From assembly GCA_026023565.1 (NCBI GenBank), contig JAPETS010000046.1:62001-126000 (forward strand): a stretch of DNA of 64,000 nt, read 5' to 3'. Within the stretch, counting starts at the first letter, position 1, and each line of letters begins with the position of its first letter. This document shows, piece after piece, positions 35,241 through 47,589 of the stretch. Origin of the DNA: Cirrosporium novae-zelandiae (taxonomy: Eukaryota). A model generated the notes under the pieces. It was not told the origin of the DNA. It saw nothing but the letters and a program-made list of their open reading frames with translations, and made no database searches. Both the position numbers and the translations under genes were made by a program.

Positions 35241-36818
35241 TCATGCTCGACCAGCAGCAGACCCATTCGTCTCAGCAAATCCACGTCGTTTTTCTTTGGC
35301 TCTGTCTCGGTCTCTGGCCCTGTCCCATTCTCTACCTGTACCCTCTTTGCCTTGCTTACGCGATCTCTGTCCTTGTTTTATATCCTTGCTCTTCTCTTTG
35401 GGATCAATGACAACTAGTTCATCTTCATTCTGTCTTTTCCAGTTCAAGTCTTTTCCAAGGCGATCTTTCTCAAAGGACAATACATGAGACATCCAGCTCC
35501 TGTCATCCTTATCGTTACCGTCATCTGCTTCTGGTTGCTGATCCCAGGAGCGACAAGACTGGCAGTTGGCAATAAAGTGCAAATCACAGAGGGTGGCTTC
35601 TTCATCATCCGCACCTTCGAGATCATCGGCTTTTGCCTCAGATTCTCTGTCAATGAACTCCTGTGCCGTAGGGCCTTTTTCCGTGGGAATAGCTTGATCC
35701 AGTTTCGCTTTGAAGGCATCAAGGAGCTTCAAAGATTTCAGTTCTTCCTTACTAGGGCCATTTGTTGTACCGCCGTGTTTTCGTTTACGACCTCTGGTAG
35801 ACGTAGTGGGTATCATCTGTTCCAAAGCTGATTTTTTAGTTTTTGGTTCCGGTGGAGCAGGAACGTTTCGTTTCATCGAAGCTTTAAGTTCCGCAATTTG
35901 TGCGTTCGTACGGTCCAGTAGAGATGATACTTTAGAGACCTGGGCTGGTTCGGGGGAAGAGGATTCTGAACGAGATACCACTTCTGGGTCTGGAATTGGA
36001 AGTTGTAAATTTCGCTCAGGCTGCTTCGGCGGCGAAGATATAGACGTCCGGCGGCGGATTGGCTTGGTTTCAGTCTTCTGAGGTTTGCTATCAATCATCT
36101 TATTTCTTTCATCTCCTTTAATAAGAGTAGTATTAAACTTGGCCTTTTTTACTACGGGAGTTGCGTCCACATCAGCCTCTTCGTCTCCAAAACTTAAAAG
36201 CGCCTTTCCAGCCTTCTTTTTGGGTTTCTTCTTGGTTTCATTCAACATTCTTTGAGGTAGCTCCCTCGATTTTGGTTGCCTACGCACCATATCCTCAAAA
36301 GGATTTACCAAAATCTCGGATCCAGTAACCTTGGTTGGATATAGAGGCCTCTCGCTTTCTTCTTCCAATTCCGCCTCTCCCATTTTCATCAAATTATAAA
36401 TTGTATCACCCACAACCCTTCCAAACATGGTGTTTTTTCCATTAAGCTCTTCCGTAGCCCCTAGAGTCAGAAAGAATTGGCTTCCGTTGTCGTCTTTTCT
36501 CCCGGAGTTTGCCATCCCCAGTAGACCCCGTCGATTAAATTTAAGTCTACTGTGAAACTCATCTTCAAATAAGCCACCTGGATAGATGGCCTCACCCCCC
36601 GCACCGGTTCCTGTGGGATCGCCACCTTGAATAATAAACCCGGGAACCAATCGGTGAAACATGGTATTTGTGTAATAGCCATCGAGACATAATTGGAGAA
36701 AATTACGCGATGCGAGGGGGGTTTGTTTAGCAAAGAGCTCGAGAAGGATATCACCAGCCGTAGTTTGAAGCAGGACTTTCGCTGTCGGAGGAGGTTCGAG
36801 ATTGTAGACGGTACTCAT
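35241..36818 (-). CDS. CWC27: Spliceosome-associated cyclophilin-type PPIase Cwc27, single exon
   Basis: MSTVYNLEPPPTAKV, LCLDGYY, FHRLVPGFIIQGGDPTGTGAGGE, DEFHSRLKFNRRGLLGMAN, NGSQFF, LLSFGDE, CDLHFIANCQSC, WMSHVLSF, VVIDP. Confidence 0.95.
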   Translation of the reverse strand: MSTVYNLEPPPTAKVLLQTTAGDILLELFAKQTPLASRNFLQLCLDGYYTNTMFHRLVPGFIIQGGDPTGTGAGGEAIYPGGLFEDEFHSRLKFNRRGLLGMANSGRKDDNGSQFFLTLGATEELNGKNTMFGRVVGDTIYNLMKMGEAELEEESERPLYPTKVTGSEILVNPFEDMVRRQPKSRELPQRMLNETKKKPKKKAGKALLSFGDEEADVDATPVVKKAKFNTTLIKGDERNKMIDSKPQKTETKPIRRRTSISSPPKQPERNLQLPIPDPEVVSRSESSSPEPAQVSKVSSLLDRTNAQIAELKASMKRNVPAPPEPKTKKSALEQMIPTTSTRGRKRKHGGTTNGPSKEELKSLKLLDAFKAKLDQAIPTEKGPTAQEFIDRESEAKADDLEGADDEEATLCDLHFIANCQSCRSWDQQPEADDGNDKDDRSWMSHVLSFEKDRLGKDLNWKRQNEDELVVIDPKEKSKDIKQGQRSRKQGKEGTGREWDRARDRDRAKEKRRGFAETNGSAAGRA

Positions 36819-37397
36819 ATTGAATCTACCACATATGTTAATTGGCGGAATAGGAGTTTTCGGTTTGTTGGACTTACTGAATATCGATTGGAGTGGAGGC
36901 TCTGCAGAAGGGTTAGGATGAAGACGAATAGGTGTTTGGTTGGTTTCACAGATGCGTTTTTGAACAGTCAAGTTACGGTTCGAGGTAGCCCTAGTAAGAG
37001 ATCGAAGTTGGAATGGGAATAAACGTGAACACTATTTACGGTATTGCGGTATTTAATACATGCAGCATATCACGTGAATACACCAAATAATCCATACATT
37101 GGCACGTGATCAGTAATACCTAAGTATCTAGGTACATTCTATCAAGTACCTATGTATATTCCGGTAATTTGATACTTTGCCAATTATTACAAACTATTTC
37201 ATAAAATTGTTTCAATACAACCACAGCCAAAATGTTTCTGCGAAACTGTTAAATGCACGGACCATATCAACGGTATAGTTCTAGCAGAGCAACCCAAACC
37301 TGGGCCTTTCACCATTTCATGGTCCTCCAAGGATATACAGCGCCGGCATCCTTACCTATCGACTAAACCGGCACCCTAGAATTTCGAAACTCCGCGT

Positions 37398-38863
37398 ATG
37401 ATTTGCATACTAGGCCTTAACGCGTACACGAATTATACGAATACAAGACGATTCATACAGGCTTTTCCGTCCAATGCACTAGGCTTGGTTATTTGTCGGG
37501 TATTATATAATAACCTTAATTCTTGGCTATTGCTCCAACGTCATTCCCAATCACCTTTTGGCCAGTTACACAACAAAAGATATCGCCCTTTATCTACAAA
37601 AGTTCGATATATCGGTTCCAATGACTTCAGGATGACAGATACTAACAGTGGATGCTCACAAGGAACAAATTCTAAGAAATCTTCTTCTCCATCAATGTCT
37701 GCTGGTTCTAAGAGAAAGCAACCCTCGGAGAGCAAAGTATACGCTGTAAGGGCCGGATTCAACCCAGGAATATACTCCAGCTGGGCGGAATGTTTCGCCC
37801 AGGTAAAAGGTTTTAAAGGGGCCATCTGTAAGTGGCTCCGTTTGTTCTGACTGCATGCACAATTAACAGACCTACCAAAGTCCAGTCGTTTAGTTCCGTG
37901 GTTGACGCAGAAGCATTCCTTAATAACAAACGTATCTCTTATGCCAACGATTCTTCTCGGCCTGGGGGAACCCGCTTTTATGGTGTCCAAAGAGGACACA
38001 AGATCGGTGTTTACACAGACTGGCCTTCGGCCCAAGAGCAAATTAGTCGTTTCCAAAAACCAAAATTCAAGCGCTTTGCGACATATGCAGAGGCCGAACG
38101 TTTCGTTCTTGATGGCCAACCTAACTCATCGCAATCTTCCGAGATGATATCTAATAACACAGCAATACCTGACACGATAAAGGAATATTTAGACGAAGAC
38201 AAATATGAGGATCTTGGCCTCGGCCCTTTGCCAGACGATGCAGAAGATGGGTTTGACCCTACCATTATGCTAAATCCAATGACTGGAATGATTATGCGCA
38301 AGGACCCGGAACAGAGTAGAGCTCTCAAGGTGCAAGCGAAAGGCCCCTCCAGCAATGTACCATTACATATTTACACAGACGGAAGCGCCGTTGGAAATGG
38401 CAAGCGTGGTGCAATTGCGGGAGTAGGAGTTTACTTTGGAGATGGAGACCCTAGGTTTGAGCGCTGCAATCTAACGCTCAACAACTGACTAATCTCTTGT
38501 AGGAATGTTTCGGAGCGCTTGAAAGGCTCGAGGCAAACTAATCAGCGAGCTGAACTCACAGCGGTCCTGCGTGCTCTAGAAATTGCTCCCCGAGATCGAG
38601 ATGTTAAGATCTTTTCGGATAGCAAATATGCAATTTCCTGCGTGACCGAATGGTTCCAGAATTGGCGAAGGAATAATTGGATGACAGCAAATAAGAAACC
38701 AGTCGAAAACAAAGACCTAGTTGAAAGCGTTGTATCCAAAATTGAAGAAAGACAACGTATGATGGTCAAAACGCAGTTCCAGTGGGTTAAGGGCCATGCC
38801 AGTGAAGTTGGGAACATTCGAGCGGATGAGCTCGCGGTTCGAGCTACTACAAATACAAAGTGA
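37398..38863 (+). CDS. RNH1: Ribonuclease H1 (two hybrid-binding domains plus RNase H domain); introns 37828-37880 and 38455-38502; alternative start at 37632
   Basis: YAVRAGFNPGIYSSW and FYGVQRGHKIGVYTDW (caulimovirus viroplasmin-like HBDs); YTDGS, QTNQRAEL, SDSKY, VENKDL, WVKGH, NIRADELA (DEDD). Confidence 0.94.
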
Positions 38864-39573
38864 AATTGATTCTATGTATCAACCTTGGATGCATTTTTTG
38901 TTAGTATGGAATGACTATAGGATAAGCCTAATAACCAGTATAGCTAAAGGAATCTTTCAAATAGCCTGTTGACTAGATACCTAAGTACCATAGCAATAAT
39001 GTAGGGACATCCTTAAGAAGGTCCTAAGCAGATGTAGACCAAGACTTAGATTCCTGCAAGATTATTGCTGTGTTAATGCTAGTTATTGCATGCAGTAGTA
39101 CTAAAGTATAGTCTACTGGGTATAATCTGCTTATCGATAAGAGATAAGGGCTTGACATTCAGTCAAAAGTCTCATTACCCGTCCGTGCCGTCACGTTGAT
39201 TTGCGGTAAGCGTCAAGACAAATCTGCCTAGGTACTTTATAAATCCCTCAAAAGTTCATACTTCTTCACGATACTCATTGATTCTGCCATATAACAAGCC
39301 TTGTATTGGCTAACATTGGTCTTACGTTCCAAGAATACTCCTGCGTAACTTGATTGCTCTTTTCATTTAATGATTCACCCTGCCTTCGGTCTTCGTTCGG
39401 ATCTCATTGAGATTGAATATCTTACCTACCTTCTTTCGACAGCCCATTCTACTACAGTGAAAGCTCAATTCAATCGACTTGACCGAATGATCTCAGTGAT
39501 ATTGTTCCGGATATCACTAGAATACCACCCTTCAGAAGCTAGCTGACGCCTGTTGTCTTGACACACTGTCAAG

Positions 39574-41567
39574 ATGCCTACCTTGGTTGTGGTCAATTTC
39601 AATATTGTAAGCGCCGTACTAGGCGGCTTCATAACACTATTTGGACTTGTCTCCTATCTTCTCAAGGAACGTTATTACCTTTCTGAGGCACGTCAGTATC
39701 CCAGCTTTTCCCGGATTGTTTCATCCAAGACTAACTTTGCCATGTTCGATTAGTGATCTCACTCATTGCAGGAATTATATTTTCTCCTCATGCGACCAAC
39801 TTCGTCAGGCCATTGGACTACGCCGGTGGATCGCAAGAGAACCTTGAACTCATCACATTGTATTTTACCCGTCTCGTTCTCGGGGTACAGCTTGTTTTAG
39901 CGGGAGTGCAATTACCTTCCAAATATCTTCTAAAAGAATGGAAGAGTCTCTCATGGTTACTCGGTCCTGGAATGACTGCCATGTGGCTTTGTAGCAGTCT
40001 GCTCGTATGGGCAATGGTTCCCAATATCTCATTCCTGCATTCTCTGGCAATTGGGGCATGTGTAACCCCAACTGACCCTGTACTTTCAAATTCGATTGTC
40101 AAGGGCAAATTTGCCGACAAGAATATCCCGAAAGAACTCCAAAAAATCATTATCGCCGAATCAGGAGCCAATGACGGGCTGGGTTATCCCTTCTTGTTTC
40201 TACCTCTCTACTTGATGAAATATATAGGAATGGGAGGAGCGGGCCAATCTGGTGGAGCAGGGAAAGCTATTGGATACTGGTTTGGGGAGACATGGGGTTA
40301 TACTATATTATTGAGCGTGGCCTACGGGGCAGTAGTAGGCTATATTGCAAAAGAGCTTCTCCGTCGTGCCGAGGAGAGAAAATTTGTTGACAGAGAGAGC
40401 TTCTTGGTTTTTGCTATTGCGTTGGCAGTAGGTCTCTCCTTTTCACTTAATAATTATGAAATTAACCACCAGAAGCTTTTCATTGTTGGTACCTGCGGTA
40501 TGATCGGAAGTGACGACGTTTTGGCTTGTTTTATTGCAGGAAATACATTTACAATTGAGTGAGTATCATTCTCCATTTTTTTCAAAATAACACGTTAATG
40601 TTTGGTAGCGATTGGTTCCGGCTAGAGACCCTTGATGATTCGCTGCAACCTACGGTTGATATGTTATTGAATATATCGGTATTTATGTGGTTCGGTGCCA
40701 TCTGTCCTTGGAATTCATTTGCTCATAATGATGTTATCCCTCTATATCGTTTAATCTTCCTCGGGATACTCATTCTGCTATTTAGACGAATTCCAGCCAT
40801 CTTTGCCATGCACAAATTTATCAAGCAGATAGATGAGAAGCGGCAGGCGCTCTTTGTTGGGTTTTTTGGACCCATCGGCGTTAGCGCAGTTTTCTACCTC
40901 TACGTTAGTTTGGAGTTTTTCAGCGACATCACTGTGGATGGCGATGAGCGGGAAGACGCAGCAAAGCTTGGAGATATCATGAGGATTGTTATTTGGTTCC
41001 TGGCAATCTGCAGTATTGTAGGTACCAAATCTTCATCGTCTAGGTAATGACTGACAACAGTATTAGGTGGTTCATGGAATCAGCATACCAATAGGCAAGT
41101 TCATGGTTCAGTTGCCCCGTACCATTTCCATGTCACTTAGCACGTCGGTGGGCCCCGATGAACCGAACCCTCCATTTCGCATCCGTGAACGTGTTGGACA
41201 TGAAATATACAATGTCCACCAACAACGGAAACATCGTCACCTTTCCAACCAGACCCCAACTACCGAACCCCCCCGAGCAACCTTTCGAATCGGACGCCCT
41301 ATACGGCACAGAGTCAATTCAGATATCGAAAGGAGCCCAGGTGGATCCGGTGTCCAGACACCTCAAGAAAGACATGTCATGAACAAGAATCCTGTAGAAG
41401 ATGGCTCAAGGGATGGCAGCGAGTCTCATTCACCCACATTAGAAGGTGACAGCTCAGGAAAAAGCTCAAATATCCCCGACGAGCAGAAACCACTTGATCA
41501 GCAGGCACAAACTGAGGATCCTCCGCAGCTAGTCCAGAAACCTTCAGTGGATGCGTCAAAGGATTAG
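39574..41567 (+). CDS. Plasma-membrane Na+(K+)/H+ antiporter (Nha1/Sod2 family, CPA1), 5 exons
   Basis: LFGLVSYLLKERYYLSEAL, CVTPTDPVLSNSIVKGKFA, AESGANDGLGYPF, GSDDVLACFIAG, LFRRIP, GFFGPIGV, SIVVHGISIP. Confidence 0.93.
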
Positions 41568-42385
41568 GCAACCCAACTTGAACGTAGATTTATATTATCC
41601 GAACCATGACGCCTTTGGGCGTGGGGGTTACTAAACATGTTCGGGTGAAATACTGGAATGGTTGTCCCTTGTGGAAGCCATATAAGTGAAGAGCAACGTA
41701 GAAGGATAGATAAATTGGCTTTAGAAGAGTTTTATACGTTGAATGTTTTAGACTGTTAAATCAAAATATACTTTTGAACGCAAGGCTCAGAGTAAGTTTT
41801 GCCGCCTATGGGCTGACGGATTGGTTGTGTTTACTGTGGTAGAATGATGACAGGGGGCATTGTCGGTGAAAATTGTAATTAGTTACTGGGGGTGGACTGG
41901 GGTCTACCGCAGAGCCATTGAGGGGCTTTCGCCGAGAAATAAACTCTGGAAAGATCCGCTCCTCGTCGCCATTGCTTTTTGGAACTTTCAGTGTATTTTA
42001 ATACAAGGAAACCGTTTTCTCTCCTCAATTCTTCAATGCTCAACTCTTCAATCCTTGCTCCTCAATCTCCAGTCGTCATCCTTTGACTTCGATTGCCATC
42101 CTTCGACTTTAAATAGTCGTCTCTAATGTTCTGGTGAAATTGATCTCTTTTCTAACGCTCAAGGTCCTATCGTTGGTTCCTAGGCCGTTTATTCGTCTAC
42201 CTGATCCATCTCTGAAATCAGAAAACGGCTATTTTCCAAGTCGAGCTTCGGGCTATCACTGGCCACCTAATGTCCTTTCAGGGACTGCGGGGATGAACTA
42301 AAACTGCGACAGCAACCGGCCTGAGAAGTCTTTCATGCGCAGAGCAACGACAGGAATCTTTGCTACATTCGCCGCCCATTTCTGA

Positions 42386-42441
42386 CCTTACAACCCTTAC
42401 AACCCTTACCATCCTTACCATCCTTACCATCCTTATCATCC
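42386..42441. repeat. 9-bp tandem repeat (CCTTACMAY), about 6 copies, upstream of SPT23/MGA2
   Basis: ccttacaac x2, ccttaccat x3, ccttatcat x1. Confidence 0.85.
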
Positions 42442-42689
42442 ATCAATACCATCATGTCCCGAAAGTGACCGAGTCATTACCAAATATCCGCGCCGGCTGT
42501 CTCAACGTGCCGCGACTATCAACTACAAACCTCGAAACATCACCAACCTTGGAGATAACTTGACCAGAATTTATTCAATCCCGTCGAGTCATACCTCTTG
42601 TCGCCTGTGTATAAGTTATGTGGATTACCTATTTTTGGTCATGAACGGTCTGAGATAGCATAACCGTCATAGCTGCCATATTGCTCAGC

Positions 42690-45600
42690 ATGGAAGAACC
42701 ATTTTCGGAAAACAATTATCATCTCCTACAATCTTCCAAACTATCAGGTGGCCCGACCTCATCCGGATATCCACCGTCGCCAACTATTGGGATTTCGCCT
42801 CTGGATATGCACTTATCGTCGGAGGAGCGAGCGCAGCCTGAATTATCTCCTACGAACTCATCTTCATCTCCTGGAAGCTCTGCCCATGACTCTACTTCGG
42901 ATTCTTTGCAAGAACAACTGATACCGTCAGCACGTTCATCTCCTTCACTGCCCGGAATGGGGGATATTGCCATGGTGGATGAACATTTCCCAGACTGGCC
43001 CTCCAATGGCTTGACCAATAATCACATCCTTGGGTTTGGAAGTCCTACAGCAAATCCCTTCGAAGATGGCGCCTATGCACTTCGACTGGATCATAGTCTA
43101 GAGCATAATGATAAAGTCATGGACAGCGCCTTTGACTTCAATCGTGCCGCCGCCAGTTCAAGTCCTTTTGGCTTAGAATATCTACCTAACGGTCACCTCT
43201 CACAATCTGATGTGATGGGCCTACCTCTCCAGAGTGGCCAGGAAATAGAACCTATCCCCGACCCCAGAAAAGTCTACTCCCCTGTAAGCATTTATACCCA
43301 ACTTGAACTGAATATCTACTGAGTTGCTGTTTTCTTAGAGTCAGTCGTCTGGACTCAATGTCCAATGGTCCCGCGAAACATCTCATGAAGCATCCCCTTC
43401 CTCAAATCTAGTCACAAGTCACCAGTCCTCGCCGCTTGCCTTCTTAAGAGACCCTTCTCCATTCACATCGTTTGGGGATGTAACTAGTCCACTTGGTTGT
43501 AATTCTGGGAAGCGTAATTTTCACCAGTCTAACGGTGGTGTAAAAAATAGCTTCTCTAGTTTGCATCAACATACAGTCACTCCTTCAAAATTAGAACAAA
43601 CTCCAATGTCGCCGCCTCTTACCATCCCAACCAAGAATAAACCGAGACGGCCCAAGCTTCATATCGAGAGAACCGACAACAAAGAGAAATCGAGGGTAGA
43701 GACGCAAATACCTATCAAGCTAACCCTAGATCATCTGCCATCTGGAATTTCAAAACTTCATCTTCCTCCACATACAATTTCAAAGCCAAAATTGCTCCTC
43801 AAACCTCCACCGCCGAAAGCCGCTGATACGCTGGAGTTGTCTACTATGCTTGTCTGCGCAAGTGCGATGCGAGATTCCGTAAAAGCAGACCGAGCTTATG
43901 CTCGAGCCGCAGGAAGAATCCCTCTAACCACAAACGGGGAGAATTCTCCCAAGGATTCCGAAGACCAGATATCTGAGGCTGAGGAGACCAAGGCATTGAA
44001 TGGGGGAGAAGTCAGAATATGCTCGGGGTGTATCACACGCGAACGTAAAAGAGCAGCCAGGAAAAAGCAGAAGAGAGCTGAGGACGAGGAAAACTGGCAA
44101 AGATTTGAGGCGGACCGAGTTATTGTGTTTAACACACAAGAAATTAAAGAATGGAGCGACCCCGCCGCTGTTCAAATCGCGGATTCCAATTGCCAAGAGT
44201 TTACCCCGAGCCATTCAGGACCAAAACAGGTAGAACTGCCGATGCGCATTGCTTGCTACTGTCGGCACCATAGCGAGAAAGAAGGATTCCAGTAAGTCTC
44301 GTATCATTCAGCTGTCTGGGCATTTGGCTTAACATACTTTTAGAGTGATCTTCACACTAAAGAATCACATGGATGAATTCGTGGCTCAGGCTATCAGTAA
44401 CCCCATCCTCATTACTGACGACCACAAAACGCATGCACCAATGCCATTTCTGCCTCAGCCTGCTCCGGCTCTGCCGGACGGTATGCAACTTCCGGGTGCT
44501 GGTGTCTTTTCCTCTACGCAAAATTTCGATGTATCTATGAATGGCTCATCAGGTTCAAATCAATTCCGGATATCACAGTCTACCCCAGACCTGCCAGGCT
44601 TACTGCACAATACAGGGCAAGCAGGGCAGGGTCAATTCTCTTCACCGCGGGCCTTCTCGCAAGTTACTCCGGCTGCCATGACTCCTCGTAACTTGTCGCG
44701 GCAGGCCTCCCCTTCGTTCAATGTCCCAGCACAAAAAAGAAGGAAAGGAAGTTCTTCAGGCAAAGTACCCCCCAGCCTTGCCATGACCACTTTGGAACAC
44801 GCACAAGCTCCCCCGCCTACCAGTAGTGCTAGTATGGCATCCATGGGACTATCAACTCAGAATGTTTCTCCATTCGATCAGGAAATTCAGTCAGCGATGT
44901 CCCAGATACCTCAAAATTATAGCTCCTTCTCGACGCCTTTACAGCCGCAATATAACGGCACCAGACCCTCGACTCCAAATAGCAATGACGCAAACTTCTT
45001 CATGCCCTCACATAGGCCCAGTATAGATCATACACGCGCACCGTTATTTTCAGCTCCCAGCTCAGCGCATCCAAGTCGTCCTCCTACACCTAATTCCAAC
45101 CACCTTAACAATCAGCCAGACCTACAAAGAGGGCGGTTCGATCAGGCACTTGCAGCAGGGTCTTTCTATCCCGTCTCTACCAGCATGAACCATGTAGCTG
45201 CCCCTCCTGTGATCCACAAAGTTATACCTGCAGAAGGTCCGAAAATTGGCGGCATTGAGGTGACTATTCTCGGAAGCGACTTCTTCCAAGGCCTTGAAGT
45301 GGTCTTTGGGGATGCCCTTGCCACCACCACCACCTTCTGGGGCCCGACGTCACTTGTCTGCCTTCTACCACCTGCAGCCCAAGCCCTAGTCGTCCCTGTT
45401 TCATTCAAGCACCAGCATCCAAAATTTGCCACTCCACCTTTTATTAGGCCGATCCAATCACGACCTGTCATGTTCACGTATGTCAGTGATGAGCAGGAGC
45501 TGCTCAGACTAGCACTAGCCATTCTATACGAGAAAGGCCCAGAAAGGCCTGGAAGTGCAGATCAAATTGCACGGCAGATTATTGAAAATGTATCAGCCCG

Positions 45601-47007
45601 CCAGTGGGGACAATCCTCAGGCTCGTCTTCTTCAAATGGAAACCACCAGAGACGCGGTGGTGGAATCAGTCCCAGCCTCTTAGAAATGTTGGACCTTGAA
45701 GGCATTCTTCTAAAATGCTTGGATCTGATCAATGTCGATGACGATTTGCACAATGCTAACCTTGACCTCCAAGGACCTGGCCGGCACACACTGCTTCATT
45801 ATGCTGCATCTCTCGGATTTCAACGCCTTTCAATTTCTCTTCTTGAAAAAGGCGCAAATCCAAATTTAAGAGATGCGAATGGGTTCACCGCTATGTATTT
45901 CGCCCTACTCAACCGTCATTTGCACATTGCGTATCGTCTGCACCTTGCAGGCGCTGATTTCACTTTACGAGGTCTTCGCAGACTCTCGAGACCCCAAAAT
46001 ATACCACCATCGGCCGAAACCGGAAACCATGTGCGATCTCGCAGTGTGGGCTCCTCGTTCTCTCACTCAACAAGTAGGCCTAGCATTGCCTATCTACGCT
46101 CAAACTGGGACCCCAGTGAATCTGTACGGCTTCCTAGTAGCCAGTCCACCAGTACCGTAGATAACAGTTCAAGCCTGGGTGATGACGATGATTTGGGTAC
46201 TGGACTCTGGATACCTTCGAGACGGAATAGCCTTGCTCCTATGGCCCATCCTTCGGACAATAAACCTTCAGGCACCTCGTCTCCGACCGCCGCCGCTCAA
46301 GCAATAATGGCCTGGGGGGATCAAATCACCGCTCAGATTCAGCATTTCCAGCAGACGGTACAGAGGACGCTTCCAAATTGGGAAATACCTAAATTTCCAC
46401 CTTTGCCGACATTCCCAGATAACAACCCAGTGGTACAACGCATCAGTTCGCTCGTTCCGCATAGAACCCCATCGCCCACCCCATCTCATTCACCTCGCGA
46501 AAGCGATAAACCTAAAGATTCCGATTCTAAATGGTGGGAGATTTTCACAACTTTCTCTTCACCCCCTGCTTACCACGAGATATTCCCTTCGAAAGAGCAG
46601 CTTGCTGGAGATTTGAAGAAGGTTTCGGCTACACAGGCTGCTTCAGAGGCAGTAATAGACAGTTACTATGAAGGAAAGATGCACTCAGGGGCAGAGGCCT
46701 CGAGCTCTAGCCTAGCAAAGGCAGCCCTAGGGCGTAACGACCTATCTGAAAGCGAACAAGAACAACTCAGGATTGCCCACGCACAGAAGATGAAAGGGGT
46801 ATGGAACGACCGAAAGCTCTTCTTCATTTGGGTAAGTATCCCTAAAATAGATTGAAAACTCAACTAATACAATCTTAGATACCAATACTACTTTTGATTC
46901 TCTGGACGTGGTTCCCCAACGGGCTTTGGGGTAGTGTTTCTGCAGGTTATATCCGGTTACGCAAAACTTACGAGAGTTATAATGAGATGGGCGTTGCGAC
47001 TAAATAA
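42690..47007 (+). CDS. SPT23: ER-anchored IPT/TIG-ankyrin transcription activator, Spt23/Mga2 homologue; exons approx. 42690-43283, 43339-44291, 44344-46831, 46879-47007
   Basis: KSRVETQIPI, CITRERKRAARKK, RIACYCRHH, ITDDHK, IHKVIPAEGPKIGGIEVTILG (IPT), TLLHYAASLG (ankyrin), PPAY motif, NDRKLFFIWIP followed by a TM segment. Start codon is uncertain. Confidence 0.92.
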
Positions 47008-47589
47008 TAATTTTCTACATTCATTCACTTTACATAAAACTTCTTGTCGCGATCGTGCGAGCCAGATTTACGAAGATTTGATATGGACAGCCTGAGACCA
47101 TGGACAAGGGTTCAAGCTTCGGCTTGGTGGGTCAGGAATGCAATGGCAAGGCTCACGATGTGTTTGTAAGTTATCTCCTTGGTGAGGACGATATATATGT
47201 TTTATTCAATGTCAACGAGCTTGCCCAGCCCGGTTTCTATAAATCACTAGGATAGACTCCGACTCCAATAAATCTGTATAGCATGAATACATTTCACAAT
47301 TCTTGAAATAAGAGTAGAGTTAGCTTAGAAAGTAGTGCCTGTAGGTAAACAAAGCTTGAGGCGCGTAGCGGTAAAGGCAACCTGCGCAAGTGAGGCTCAT
47401 GGTGTTCCCTATCGATATGGAAACAAGCTATCCAGCTAACCCAACAATTACTTGTACTCGATATGCCTTGTTTCCAGCAACACATTTTCTCTTCCATAAT
47501 CCAAGGTAAAGGCCTTTGCTCCTCCGGTAGCCAGCTGTCTCACCTGGCACCCGTCATGCAGCATCTCAGCATTGTGCAGCTAACCATCA

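Noticed and set aside
36819..36971. N-terminal extension of the CWC27 ORF in the track
   Set aside because: Starts at TTG; the conserved family start MSTVYNLEP is at 36818.
37398..38863. RNase H as a retrotransposon remnant
   Set aside because: Has introns and two hybrid-binding domains, with no RT, integrase or LTRs: this is cellular RNase H1.
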